Below are positions 19,055 through 28,975 of a stretch of 64,000 nucleotides of DNA, in pieces. How positions within the stretch are numbered: the first letter of the stretch is position 1; the number at the start of each line of letters is the position of its first letter. The DNA is taken from contig CP129478.1 of NCBI GenBank assembly GCA_030583845.1, positions 279,175-343,174 on the forward strand. Direction: 5' to 3'. The translations under genes and the position numbers were made by a program. The notes under the pieces are model-generated. The model saw nothing but the letters and a program-made list of their open reading frames with translations, had not been told where the DNA came from and ran no database searches. The DNA comes from Candidatus Dojkabacteria bacterium (GTDB taxonomy: Bacteria; Patescibacteriota; Dojkabacteria; SC72; JAHDCA01).

Positions 19055-20263
19055 CTATTTAACAGCCTTTAATATATCTTTTGCAGCTTTCTCGCCGATA
19101 CCCTTGATATCCATGAGCTGCTCAGCAGAGAGCTTCTTGATCTTTGCTGCGGTGCTGTAACCTGCTGCTTCGAGGGCTTTAACTGTCCTTGCTGGCAGTC
19201 CGAGGTCACCAAGTGCCGAAGCTTTCTCTGTCTCCTTCTTCACAGCTGCCTTCTTTGGCTTTGCTGCTTTTGGTGATACCTTTGGCTTCTCTGCCTTAGC
19301 TACCTCTGCCTTTGGAGCTTCTTTCTTCACTACTCTCACAACTGAAGCCTTTGTTACTTCTGGAACTGCTTCACCTGTTCGCATTCGTTTCAATTTCTCG
19401 CGATCCTGCTCCTCCATTGCAGCTTTTCTCTCCGTCTCCCGCTCGAACTCTGTAGACAATGCATGCAATTTTGCCTCATGCGACTGCCTGAGTGAGATTA
19501 CTGCTTCCGATCGCTTACCACCCTTTAGAGCCTTACCAAAGAGCTCAATAAATAGTCGGATGCTCTTGATCGAGTCATCGTTGGCTGGGATCGGGTAAGT
19601 TACGAGCTCTGGATCACAGTTGGTGTCAATCAATGCGACTACAGGGATCTTCATGTTTGCTGCCTCACGGATGGTGTTCATCTCGACCTTGCTGTCGATT
19701 ACAACAACCAATTCTGGGAGACGGTCCATAAACTTGATACCACTGTAAAGCTTGTTCAATCTTTCAACATCACGTGCGAGCATTAGCTGCTCTTTCTTTA
19801 CTAGACCCTGTGCGCCGGCTGCAAGCTGCTCTTCCATAGATACAAGCTTGTCGACACTCTTCTTAATCATTGAGAAATTTGTGAAAAGACCACCTGGCCA
19901 TCTGTTATTGATGTAAAACGCACCATTCTCTATCGCGATATTCTGCACCAAAGTAGCTGCCTGACCCTTTGTACCTACAAAGAGCACTGAGCCCTTTTCT
20001 ACTGCATCTTGAATCTTCTCGAGTGCGGTATCAAGCATCTGCATCGTCTTTACGAGGTCGATGATATGCACTCCGTTTCGCGAAGTATAGATATACTGCT
20101 GCATCTTTGGATGCCAGCGGCTGGTCCTATGACCAAAATGAACACCCGCATTCAGAAATTCGTCGAGTGATGGAATTTGCACCTTAGCTTTCTTAGGTGC
20201 TGCAGCCTCTGTCTGGACTGCCTGCGCTCCTTTAACTGGAGCTGCTTTCTTAGCTTCTGCCAT
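19055..20263 (-). CDS. rpsB: 30S ribosomal protein S2 with about 150-aa Lys/Ala-rich C-terminal extension ending in an HhH-like module
   Basis: uS2 core VHFGHRTSRWHPKMQQYIY…. The extension ends in …LGLPARTVKALEAAGYSTAAKIKKLSAEQLMDIKGIGEKAAKDILKAVK, a helix-hairpin-helix resembling the RNAP alpha C-terminal domain. Confidence 0.9.
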   Translation of the reverse strand: MAEAKKAAPVKGAQAVQTEAAAPKKAKVQIPSLDEFLNAGVHFGHRTSRWHPKMQQYIYTSRNGVHIIDLVKTMQMLDTALEKIQDAVEKGSVLFVGTKGQAATLVQNIAIENGAFYINNRWPGGLFTNFSMIKKSVDKLVSMEEQLAAGAQGLVKKEQLMLARDVERLNKLYSGIKFMDRLPELVVVIDSKVEMNTIREAANMKIPVVALIDTNCDPELVTYPIPANDDSIKSIRLFIELFGKALKGGKRSEAVISLRQSHEAKLHALSTEFERETERKAAMEEQDREKLKRMRTGEAVPEVTKASVVRVVKKEAPKAEVAKAEKPKVSPKAAKPKKAAVKKETEKASALGDLGLPARTVKALEAAGYSTAAKIKKLSAEQLMDIKGIGEKAAKDILKAVK

Positions 20264-20466
20264 AAAATATTTCCTTACTATAATTTATCTACCTCTCCGA
20301 GCTTTCTAGCTTCGGGTTGAGGCCACCTACTCCGAAGGGCAATGCCCAGGAAACTTTCGAAGTATGCGAGATTTACGTCGGGATGATAACAAATTTATTA
20401 TCTCGGCGCAAGCCGAGGGTGCTGCTATACAGAAGGATATTACTTAGGCACGTGGGAAGATTAAAA

Positions 20467-20790
20467 CTAATCTAGCACCGCTAGCGTCTTCATTTCAATA
20501 ACATCAACTGCTGGAGTTTCATATGGATGTGAATTCTTTATTGCCTCTAGTACAGCACCCAATCTATCCTCCGGACACACCATTTCGATTTTATTCTCAG
20601 GCTCTCTGCTCATCTTTCCGACTTCACCGATCGCTGGCTTTGCACCAGCCTTACTTAGCCAATTTCCATGTCCAGAAGTAATGAATGCGCAATGAGAATA
20701 GTTGCCAATAACTCCAGCTCCAGCTTCTGCCATTGCTTGAATTACTTTATCAGTGCTATCTTGTGGAACGAATACGTATATCTTATACAT
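20467..20790 (-). CDS. CutA-like / PII-superfamily small protein (tentative)
   Basis: 107 aa. C-terminal SHPYETPAVDVIEM resembles the CutA HHPYxxPE motif. Assignment is weak. Confidence 0.4.
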   Translation of the reverse strand: MYKIYVFVPQDSTDKVIQAMAEAGAGVIGNYSHCAFITSGHGNWLSKAGAKPAIGEVGKMSREPENKIEMVCPEDRLGAVLEAIKNSHPYETPAVDVIEMKTLAVLD

Positions 20791-20813
20791 CCGAATATTT
20801 ACTTACTTATACT

Positions 20814-21920
20814 TTACGCTCGAATCTTCTCCCAAGGGAAATCTTCTCTCCCGAAATGCCCGTATGCCGCTGTAGCTAGATAGATTGGGTTTCTCAGCTC
20901 AAGAAAGTCAATCACCTCAGAGACCGAAAGATTGCCCACTAAACTCTTTACAAAATCTACAATCACATTATTAGGTGACTTGCTTGTCCCAAAAGTATCA
21001 AAATCACTCATAAGAGGATAATGCCCTCCAAAAGTAAACGCAAGCCTAGTCTCAACCTTGTCGGCCAATCCATGAGCTACAATATTCTTGGCTATGTACC
21101 TTGCAAAATAAGCCATCGAACGATCAACTTTGGTTGGATCTTTGCCGCTAAAAGCGCCACCTCCAACTCGTGCAAACGAGCCGTAAGAATCAACAATTAT
21201 CTTGCGCCCCGTTACACCTGTGTCTGAAGCTGGACCACCGATATACCATGGACCACCATTCACGTAAACATTCTCTCTAGAGATTAATGCAAACCCGAAT
21301 TTATCACTCATCGGGACAATAATATTTTCATAGAAGTCCTCTTTTACCTGGTCGGGAGTTACATTTTCTTTGTGCGGCGCTGCTAAAACAATGTTTAAGA
21401 TTTTGTATGGTTTTCCATCTTTATACTGAATAGTCACTTGTGTTTTTCCATCAGGTCTCAAATATGGGATCTTTTTGGATTCCCTGAGCCTGTCAATTTC
21501 ATGTGCAAAGGTGTGTGATAATACAATGGGGGTTGGCATGAATTCTGCTGTTTCATTAGTCGCATATCCATACATAATACCCTGATCCCCTGCACCAGCC
21601 TTATCTACTACATCCGAAATTGTCTGAGATTGTTTATGGATGAATACTGATATTGGGGATCGATCCGAATACCCCAGTTTATCGTCAGTGTACCCAAGCT
21701 TACGGATTACTCCTTTAGCAACATTCTCATAATCAATTTCACCTGCAAGTGTGACCTCACCTGCAAGAATTGTCTTATCTCTAGTGACGAGTGTCTCAAC
21801 TGCAACCCGAGCGTACTTGTCTTGCGATAAGGCGGAATCAACTATCGCATCGCTTATCTGATCACAGATCTTATCTGGATGCCCTGCACAAACCGATTCC
21901 GAAGTGAATGTCTGATTCAT
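20814..21920 (-). CDS. metK: S-adenosylmethionine synthetase
   Basis: FTSESVCAGHPDKICDQISD and GGGAFSGKDPTKVDRS motifs. ATG at 21920 is preferred over the TTG-extended ORF to 21938. Confidence 0.9.
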   Translation of the reverse strand: MNQTFTSESVCAGHPDKICDQISDAIVDSALSQDKYARVAVETLVTRDKTILAGEVTLAGEIDYENVAKGVIRKLGYTDDKLGYSDRSPISVFIHKQSQTISDVVDKAGAGDQGIMYGYATNETAEFMPTPIVLSHTFAHEIDRLRESKKIPYLRPDGKTQVTIQYKDGKPYKILNIVLAAPHKENVTPDQVKEDFYENIIVPMSDKFGFALISRENVYVNGGPWYIGGPASDTGVTGRKIIVDSYGSFARVGGGAFSGKDPTKVDRSMAYFARYIAKNIVAHGLADKVETRLAFTFGGHYPLMSDFDTFGTSKSPNNVIVDFVKSLVGNLSVSEVIDFLELRNPIYLATAAYGHFGREDFPWEKIRA

Positions 21921-22139
21921 TACAATTTGGTAATTCAAATTATTAGGGTGTTATAGCTAGATTCGAACTAGGTACAAGCCCGACTACATACAAAATCACA
22001 CTCTTTAAATATGGGTGCGATGATACTATAAGTCCACCTTGGTGTGAAGTGTTAGCCGTTAAATATTACATAGTCACGTAACACATCAATCCGAAGTTGC
22101 TCATAGATCTATACGCAGAATCAGACTGATGTGTCTGGC

Positions 22140-22862
22140 TTATTTGCTTGCAATGCCCAACTCTGTGAGTAGCTCAGGATAATCTTTTATCGTGAAATCT
22201 GCCTGTACGCCTGCATCCTTCCCCTCTACATTACCGTCGGTTGCTGGGTCGTAAATTCCTGCTCTGATCCCGATTAGCTGCGCACCACGGATATCGTTCT
22301 TATAGTTGTTCCCAATCATCACAGCCTCATTTGGCTCAATCTTGAGTCGCGAGAGAGCCAGGGTAAATATTGCACTAAACGGCTTCTCAAAGATCACCTC
22401 TTCCGAGGCGATTATCTGGTCGACATAATGCAATAGCCCCGCAGCCTTCACCTTACGGATGCGCAGGCTCAGGCTACCATCTGATACGATTGCCACTTTC
22501 ATCCCGGTATCACGGATCCGCATAAGTACATACTCTACATTTGGGAATAGCTCAATATTGTTCATGAAAAATTCCCAGTACATATCCTCAACATCTGGAA
22601 GCAGCGAGAGATCATACTTCCCAACCATCTCATCTAGCGCCATCCTGAATACAAGTATCCTGCTGTGTCGCGTGTGCACCGTCGGGAAATTGCGCTGAAC
22701 GATCAGATGCTTCTCTGCAACCAGGCTATAGAATTCATCTGTATCAAGTGAATACTTCCTCGCCAAGAAATTGGATGCAAACCTGAGTGCACGGTCATAT
22801 ATCTTGCCAGATTTGGTCAATGTATCGTCCAGGTCAAAGAGGACGGCTTTATATTTCAGCAT
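22140..22862 (-). CDS. HAD-superfamily hydrolase
   Basis: Motif I VLFDLDDTL, motif III K…, motif IV GNNYKNDIRGA. Confidence 0.7.
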   Translation of the reverse strand: MLKYKAVLFDLDDTLTKSGKIYDRALRFASNFLARKYSLDTDEFYSLVAEKHLIVQRNFPTVHTRHSRILVFRMALDEMVGKYDLSLLPDVEDMYWEFFMNNIELFPNVEYVLMRIRDTGMKVAIVSDGSLSLRIRKVKAAGLLHYVDQIIASEEVIFEKPFSAIFTLALSRLKIEPNEAVMIGNNYKNDIRGAQLIGIRAGIYDPATDGNVEGKDAGVQADFTIKDYPELLTELGIASK

Positions 22863-22914
22863 GGGCAGCCACAAAACTATCTAAATCAGAATCATTGTAG
22901 CACCTCACTCGGAT

Positions 22915-23565
22915 CTATACGAGATCTGAACCCTTCTGTACTATCCTGCGCCATCCATTCTTGGCAACTATTAAATGGTCGAGCAACACAAAGCCGAGCT
23001 CTTTTGCTACCCTACCCACCCTATCGGTAAGCTCAATATCTTGCCTGCTTGGATCAAGTACTCCTGACGGATGGTTATGTGCCATCACTATATAGAGTGC
23101 GTTCTTCTCTAGCGCCGGCAATAATATATCGCGCGGCTGAATAAAAAGTGAATCTATATTCCCAACCCCGATCACCTCCTTATGGAGCAGCTCAAATCTG
23201 GCGTTCAAGTAGATCGCCTTCAGATATTCGCGCTTTTTATATTTAATATCTTCAAATTGAGCGACTGATTCTTTCGTCGATGAGATGCGAGGCTTCTCGC
23301 TGCTATATAGCTGGTAAAGACGCCTACCAAGCTCTATCCCAGCTAGAACCTGCATTGATTTCACACGGCCAAGCCCGCGGACTTGCGAAAGAGTTTCAAG
23401 ATCTACGGGTCGATCTGGGGAGCCTTTCCTTAGCTCTGTGACTAGATTATTGGCTATATCACGATAGTGCACACCACGACTACCGCTAGAGATCACGATT
23501 GCAGCAAGCTCTCTATCGGAGAGAGACTCTAATCCGCGGGATTCATATTTTTCACGAGGCTTCAT
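22915..23565 (-). CDS. radC: RadC-like JAB/MPN domain protein
   Basis: HhH N-terminal region and JAMM motif HNHPSG…D. Confidence 0.85.
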   Translation of the reverse strand: MKPREKYESRGLESLSDRELAAIVISSGSRGVHYRDIANNLVTELRKGSPDRPVDLETLSQVRGLGRVKSMQVLAGIELGRRLYQLYSSEKPRISSTKESVAQFEDIKYKKREYLKAIYLNARFELLHKEVIGVGNIDSLFIQPRDILLPALEKNALYIVMAHNHPSGVLDPSRQDIELTDRVGRVAKELGFVLLDHLIVAKNGWRRIVQKGSDLV

Positions 23566-23639
23566 TGCTTAATTATAATGAAGGAATGTGAAAAATATCT
23601 TAAACAGTTACAGGCTAAGGGTCTTCGGTTTGCTAACGA

Positions 23640-25763
23640 CTACTCATCATCACCATCTTCATCTTCCGACTTCTTCTCTGCTTTGACCTTCTTAATAAAT
23701 TTGCACTCCGGATAGCCGCTACAACCGATGAAGTTCTTGCCCCACTTGCCTCGGCGTTCGACTAGATGATGTCCAGATTCAGGACACTTCTCGTGTAGAA
23801 GCATCGGGACGATCCCCTTGCACTCTGGATAGCGCTCGCACGCCCAAAATTGCCCATATTTACCGTTCTTGAGCAGCATCTTTGCACCGCATTCTGGGCA
23901 TTTTTCTGGCTTTTTATACTTCTTAAGGTCGATGCTCTCCTCACCGCCGTCGATGCTCTTCATCCCTTTGCACTCTGGGAATTTCGAGCAGCTTAGGAAT
24001 TTTCCATACCGACCTAGCCTAATTACCATCTTTGAACCGCACTTGTCACACTTCTCGTCTGATTTGCCTAGAATGACGACGTCGTTTTTCTCAACGCTCT
24101 TGTCAGCAGCTTTGATATCCTTTACGAGAGGCTTGTACTCTTTATCGAGGAAAGGTGCATACTCGACCTTGCCTTCTGATATTAGGTCAAGCTTCTCCTC
24201 TACCTCGGCTGTATACTCGTAGTCAACTAGGCTCGCGAAGTTCTTCATCAAAAATTCATTTACTACCCTGCCGACGTCGAGCGGGTGAAGGAAACGCGCC
24301 TTCTTCTCTACATAGCCACGACTCTGAACTGTGCTGATGATGGTTGCATAGGTTGAAGGTCGACCAATTCCGTAATGCTCGAGTGCTTTGACCAAGGATG
24401 CGTCTGTGTATCTTGGCTTCGGCTTGGTAAAGTGCTGCTCAGCATCTAGCTTCTTGTTCTCCAATTTCTCTCCTTTCTGGACCTCGCTGATCTGCTGTAG
24501 CTGCTCCTCATCCTTCTCACTTGAGGCCTTCCACACCTTGCGGAAGCCATCAAAGAGCACCTTCTCACCACCCATTCTGAATTCATACTTTGCCTTTGAC
24601 TTGCCAACCACCTCACAGGTCACGGTTAGCACCTCGGTCTGCTGGTTCTTCATCTGACATGCCAATGTGCGGTCATAGATCAATTTGTACAGCTTCGCCT
24701 CCGCTGGGCCTAGATCTGCTTTCACCTGTATATCTGAAGTGTTGAAATCGGTTGGACGGATCGCCTCGTGCGCCTCTTGGGCATTTCGGCTTCGGCTCTT
24801 GTAGTAGTTTGGCTGCTCTGGGAGATATTTCTCGCCGTACTGCTCTACGATCTTGTCTCGTGCTGCATCTATCGCCTGCTGGGCGAGATTAAATGAGTCA
24901 GTTCTCATATAGGTGATGTAACCGGCCTGGTATAACGCCTGAGCCAATCCCATTGTGCGCTTGGCAGTAAATCCAAAAAGATTGTTGGCTGCCTGCTGTA
25001 GAAGCGAGGTCGAGAATGGCGGATATGGCTTCTTCGACTTGGCAGTTGTCTGCACGTCGATAACTTCTAAATCGTTTTTGCCGATATCTTTCTTGATTTT
25101 CTCTACGTCATCCTTGCTGCCAGGTATATTTTTCTTCCCATCTTTCTTGGTGAATTTCGCCTTTAGCTCGTTCTTCTTGTGCTGAACGATTGCATACAGA
25201 TCCCAATACTCATCAGGCACAAATGCCTCGATCTCCTTCTCTCTTTCAACAATTAGCCTGAGAGCTACTGATTGCACACGACCTGCGGATAGTCCGTACC
25301 AGATCTTCTTCCACACAAGCTCAGACACTTTGTATCCGACCAACCTGTCTAGAGCACGACGCGCCAGCTGTGCCTCGACGAGGTTGTCGTCGATCTTCCG
25401 CGGTGCCAATATTGCTTCGTTTACTGCCCCTTTGGTAATTTCGTAGAAAACAACACGCTGCGGCTTCTTTAATTTCAATGCTTTCGCTACATGCCATGCG
25501 ATAGCCTCCCCCTCACGATCCGGGTCCATTGCCAGAAACACTTTCTTCCCTTTAGCTGCTGTACCGAGCTTCTTGATGATGTCGGCTTTGCCTTTAATCG
25601 TGGTAAATTCAGGCTCATACTTGTTGTCAACGTCGATGCCCAGCTTGCTTTTTGGTAGGTCAATTATATGACCAACCGTGGCCATCACCTTGTAATCTTT
25701 TCCTAGATACTTGCTTATTGTCTTCGCCTTAGACGGAGACTCTACGATCACTAAGTTCTTCAT
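23640..25763 (-). CDS. topA: DNA topoisomerase I
   Basis: Toprim N-terminus LVIVESPSKAKTI, active-site Tyr region, three C-terminal C4 zinc ribbons. Confidence 0.9.
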   Translation of the reverse strand: MKNLVIVESPSKAKTISKYLGKDYKVMATVGHIIDLPKSKLGIDVDNKYEPEFTTIKGKADIIKKLGTAAKGKKVFLAMDPDREGEAIAWHVAKALKLKKPQRVVFYEITKGAVNEAILAPRKIDDNLVEAQLARRALDRLVGYKVSELVWKKIWYGLSAGRVQSVALRLIVEREKEIEAFVPDEYWDLYAIVQHKKNELKAKFTKKDGKKNIPGSKDDVEKIKKDIGKNDLEVIDVQTTAKSKKPYPPFSTSLLQQAANNLFGFTAKRTMGLAQALYQAGYITYMRTDSFNLAQQAIDAARDKIVEQYGEKYLPEQPNYYKSRSRNAQEAHEAIRPTDFNTSDIQVKADLGPAEAKLYKLIYDRTLACQMKNQQTEVLTVTCEVVGKSKAKYEFRMGGEKVLFDGFRKVWKASSEKDEEQLQQISEVQKGEKLENKKLDAEQHFTKPKPRYTDASLVKALEHYGIGRPSTYATIISTVQSRGYVEKKARFLHPLDVGRVVNEFLMKNFASLVDYEYTAEVEEKLDLISEGKVEYAPFLDKEYKPLVKDIKAADKSVEKNDVVILGKSDEKCDKCGSKMVIRLGRYGKFLSCSKFPECKGMKSIDGGEESIDLKKYKKPEKCPECGAKMLLKNGKYGQFWACERYPECKGIVPMLLHEKCPESGHHLVERRGKWGKNFIGCSGYPECKFIKKVKAEKKSEDEDGDDE

Positions 25764-25779
25764 ACTTCCCCCACTTCAG

Positions 25780-26955
25780 TCATCTGATTAGATAGTAATT
25801 ACCGTTGTCATAACGCCCCAAAATACCTGTCATTTCATTCCTTGTCAACATAGCGGCCGTCTCGCCGATGCTTTGCATTGTTAATTTTTGGACATCCAAA
25901 AGGCTGAACCCATGAGGATAATTTTGGAGCAGCTTAGCCGCTATCTGCGCAAGCTCTGGTGGGTAGTTTCGGCCATTTTCTGCTTGCACTTCGATGCCAA
26001 GGGCATCTATTAAGTCTTCTAACGAAGCAGCATGTGTAGCACCCTCACTAATTAGCTTGTTGCAACCCTCTGACTGCTTTGAAAATACCGAGCCCGGGAA
26101 AGCGATCACCTCCCGCCCATACTCGGCTGCCAATCTTGCCGTAATCATTGACCCACCATGGATTGCCGACTCCACCACTATTGTGTGGCTCGATAATCCT
26201 GCCATTATTCGGTTGCGCATCGGAAACATCCCCTTAACTATTGGCCTACCTGGCGGGAATTCCGCTACAATAAGCCCCTTTGTCCCTAGATCGCCGTAAA
26301 TCCTCCTCGACGAGGCAGGGTAGCCCTGCCCTAGCCCACCCGCCACCACACCTACCGAAGCGATCCCAACCTCGAGGCATATACGATGCACAGTGGCATC
26401 TACACCATATGCCAATCCACTCACAATTGCATGTGTATTTTTGATCTTCTCGAACAGCTTTGCCAGTACCTCGTGGCATATACGTCTGCCATATTCGCTC
26501 ATCCTCCGTGTGCCAACCACAGTGATCAGCTTCTTATTTAGTATCCCTGGCTCACCTTCGTAGAAAAGGAAGGCTGGGCAATCTGTGAGCTCTTTGAGCT
26601 GAGGCGGGTACTCTTTCTCCCAGAAAGCTATGCTTGGCTGGCCGGGCTCTGTAGTGGGATATTTAGATGAATGGTATCTAGGGTGGGAGGTTGAGATCCT
26701 CGCAGTGGGATATTTAGCCAAATGGTAAGTGTTCGAGATCCTCGCATACTCAAGCTTAGCAGCCTGGCTGCCATAACCTGGCTTGAGTAGCTTTGAGATC
26801 AGGTAGCTCTTAAAATCTTTGTGATCGGGCATACTCCGATTGTAGCGCCCAATCATTAAATATTTCTGAAATTCTCCGTCAATGTGTACTGGCAGATGCA
26901 CCGGCCGAGTGCGATCACCGGGAAAGGCTATTTGAATAGGACAAACCCAATTCAT
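25780..26955 (-). CDS. dprA: DNA processing protein DprA/Smf (start uncertain)
   Basis: Rossmann-like DprA core …FLFYEGEP…VVGTRRMSEYG…IVSGLAYGVDA…IAVLGGGL-like, and conserved dprA-topA order. The ORF extends to 27036, but its first 27 codons run through the 25-bp palindrome and are unlikely to be real. Candidate starts are at 26955, 26850 or 26826. Confidence 0.75.
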   Translation of the reverse strand: MNWVCPIQIAFPGDRTRPVHLPVHIDGEFQKYLMIGRYNRSMPDHKDFKSYLISKLLKPGYGSQAAKLEYARISNTYHLAKYPTARISTSHPRYHSSKYPTTEPGQPSIAFWEKEYPPQLKELTDCPAFLFYEGEPGILNKKLITVVGTRRMSEYGRRICHEVLAKLFEKIKNTHAIVSGLAYGVDATVHRICLEVGIASVGVVAGGLGQGYPASSRRIYGDLGTKGLIVAEFPPGRPIVKGMFPMRNRIMAGLSSHTIVVESAIHGGSMITARLAAEYGREVIAFPGSVFSKQSEGCNKLISEGATHAASLEDLIDALGIEVQAENGRNYPPELAQIAAKLLQNYPHGFSLLDVQKLTMQSIGETAAMLTRNEMTGILGRYDNGNYYLIR

Positions 26956-26988
26956 GACTGCTCTCGTGAAACCAACTCCGCCTTCCCC

Positions 26989-27013
26989 AAGTCGCACTTT
27001 GCAAGTGCGACTT
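26989..27013. repeat. 25-bp palindrome AAGTCGCACTTTGCAAGTGCGACTT, copy 1, overlapping the PBP2 stop
   Basis: Seen directly: 11-bp arms and a 3-nt centre, identical at 30387-30411 and 53921-53945. Confidence 0.9.
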
Positions 27014-28964
27014 AGTAGCCCTCGCTTACCATCCAATCGATATACTCGCGCGCCATCTGCGCAGCATAGAAGCTCTCCCCACCATCCTCGAGTAGTATGA
27101 CAAAGGCATATTTCGGATCATCATACGGGAAGAAGCCAGTTACCCACCCGTGAGCATGCTCATATTGCCCCTTCGAGTTAATTGCACCGAACTCGGCTGT
27201 ACCAGTCTTGGCGGCAACCGCAACTTTCGCATCAGTCAAAGCCGAGATGCTCTTCTTTGGACCAGCTACTGCCTGGCGCATCGCATAGCGGGTTGTTTCT
27301 AAAGCCTCATCGGATATAAAATCGGCTCGAATTGGTTTGAACTCCAGCATCTCCTCACTTCCATCAGCATCCTTGAATTTCATACCAACATGCGGAGTAG
27401 TCAAAGTACCTCCATTGGCAATTGCCGCGATCCAGTTTGACATCTGAAGAGGGGTAACCAAACCAATACCCTGCCCTATGACCGTGTTGCAGCTGTCTCC
27501 CTCCGGATACCAGATCTCATCGAGCCATGTGACGCCTGGAGTATTGGCAAGCTCCTTCTTATGAGCAGGAGATGGTAATCGTCCTGGCTGCTCGCCATAC
27601 AGATCAACCCCTGTATAATCACCAATTCCGAATTTCTCATAATATGGCACCAGCTCATTGATACTCCAGTCTCGGATCGTCTCGCAGAAGAAAATGTTAG
27701 ACGACCGAGCAATAGCGTCTATGATATTAAGCGAACCGTATGAGTTGTTGCGGTACTCCTGAAATGGCGCGCCGTTAGAGAAAGTATAGCCAGTGCGGCT
27801 TACATAGATTGTATCCAGGTCGATCACACCAGCATCAAGTGCGGCTGCCGCAGCGATAGTCTTAAATGTCGATCCGGGCGGAAACTGCGCACCGATCGGC
27901 CTATCCAGCAGTGGCAAGCGCTTATCATTAAGCAATTTATCATAATCCGCTTGAGAGATTCCGCCAATAAACTGATTGTTGTCGTAGGTCGGGAATGTTG
28001 AGAGGACAAGCAGCTCACCTGTCTTGATATCTTGGATGATCCCCGCACCACCAGTAGCGTTATATTTCTCAACTCCGGCATCAATGACCTCCACCATCTT
28101 TTTCTGCGCCTTACTGTCGATCGTGAGATACAGGTTCTTGCCACTGTTAACCGGCTGTAGCTCATGGCTTGTGTCAGTCACTACATTGCCGTAGCCGTCG
28201 ATTTCAAGCGCAATAAGGCCTCGCTCGCCTATCAACTGCTCGTCATATACTTTTTCCACACCTAGCCTTCCAACAATATCGTTATAGCCATTTCGTGCTA
28301 CAAATTCATCGTAATCAAGATAGTCAAGCTCGTCGAGATCTTCAGCAGTTACAATACTTGTGTAGCCAAGAATATGTGTGAACTCATGACCGCCTGGGTA
28401 ATTTCGCTTGCTCCCTTCTCTTACAGCGAGACCTTCGACGGTGTCACTTAGAGATTTCAGCTTAATTGTCGTCTCATTATCTACATCCTCAGAGATCAAT
28501 ACCTCACTTAGTAGCTCCACAGTCATATCTTCCTCCCTCTTATCGAGAGATTTCTGCATCTGATCTACTAGCCAAGCAGCTAGGCTTTCCGTGTCCTGAT
28601 CCTCGATTTGGGTGCGCCACTGGTCGCCTATCACGGCAACAATCTGCTCTGCCGCTTCGCTCACCTTCTCCTTATCTACCCCCTCCTTTGTGTAGTAATC
28701 ATCAAGCACTAGGTAGAGGTTATTTGCTGCAACATTTTCGGCCAAAATCTCACCGTTTCGATCTAAGATCACTCCACGGTTTGGATATTTATAGCTTAGC
28801 ACTACACTATTTGCTGCAGAGGTTTGTGAATACTCCCCACCCTCTACTATCTGAAGCCCTACTAGCGCGACTGCTAGCCAGACAAAAAGCACTATCATAA
28901 TTATGAATAGATAGGTGAAGTTCCAAGAGGAGGTTTTGATTTTTTCTTCTTCGTGCCAGACCAA
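27012..28964 (-). CDS. mrdA: Penicillin-binding protein 2 (peptidoglycan D,D-transpeptidase)
   Basis: N-terminal TM, SxxK (STFKT), SSN and KTGT (AKTGTAE) motifs. Lies downstream of mreBCD. Confidence 0.85.
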   Translation of the reverse strand: MVWHEEEKIKTSSWNFTYLFIIMIVLFVWLAVALVGLQIVEGGEYSQTSAANSVVLSYKYPNRGVILDRNGEILAENVAANNLYLVLDDYYTKEGVDKEKVSEAAEQIVAVIGDQWRTQIEDQDTESLAAWLVDQMQKSLDKREEDMTVELLSEVLISEDVDNETTIKLKSLSDTVEGLAVREGSKRNYPGGHEFTHILGYTSIVTAEDLDELDYLDYDEFVARNGYNDIVGRLGVEKVYDEQLIGERGLIALEIDGYGNVVTDTSHELQPVNSGKNLYLTIDSKAQKKMVEVIDAGVEKYNATGGAGIIQDIKTGELLVLSTFPTYDNNQFIGGISQADYDKLLNDKRLPLLDRPIGAQFPPGSTFKTIAAAAALDAGVIDLDTIYVSRTGYTFSNGAPFQEYRNNSYGSLNIIDAIARSSNIFFCETIRDWSINELVPYYEKFGIGDYTGVDLYGEQPGRLPSPAHKKELANTPGVTWLDEIWYPEGDSCNTVIGQGIGLVTPLQMSNWIAAIANGGTLTTPHVGMKFKDADGSEEMLEFKPIRADFISDEALETTRYAMRQAVAGPKKSISALTDAKVAVAAKTGTAEFGAINSKGQYEHAHGWVTGFFPYDDPKYAFVILLEDGGESFYAAQMAREYIDWMVSEGY

Positions 28965-28975
28965 GAAAGCTCTAT

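Noticed and set aside
21921-22139. tRNA-like T-arm motif (CTAGTTCGAATCTAG on the minus strand) and possible SAM riboswitch in the metK leader
   Set aside because: I could not build a matching acceptor or anticodon stem around the T-arm-like hairpin. There is no recognisable S-box or SAM-II consensus. Left as an uncharacterised 200-nt leader.
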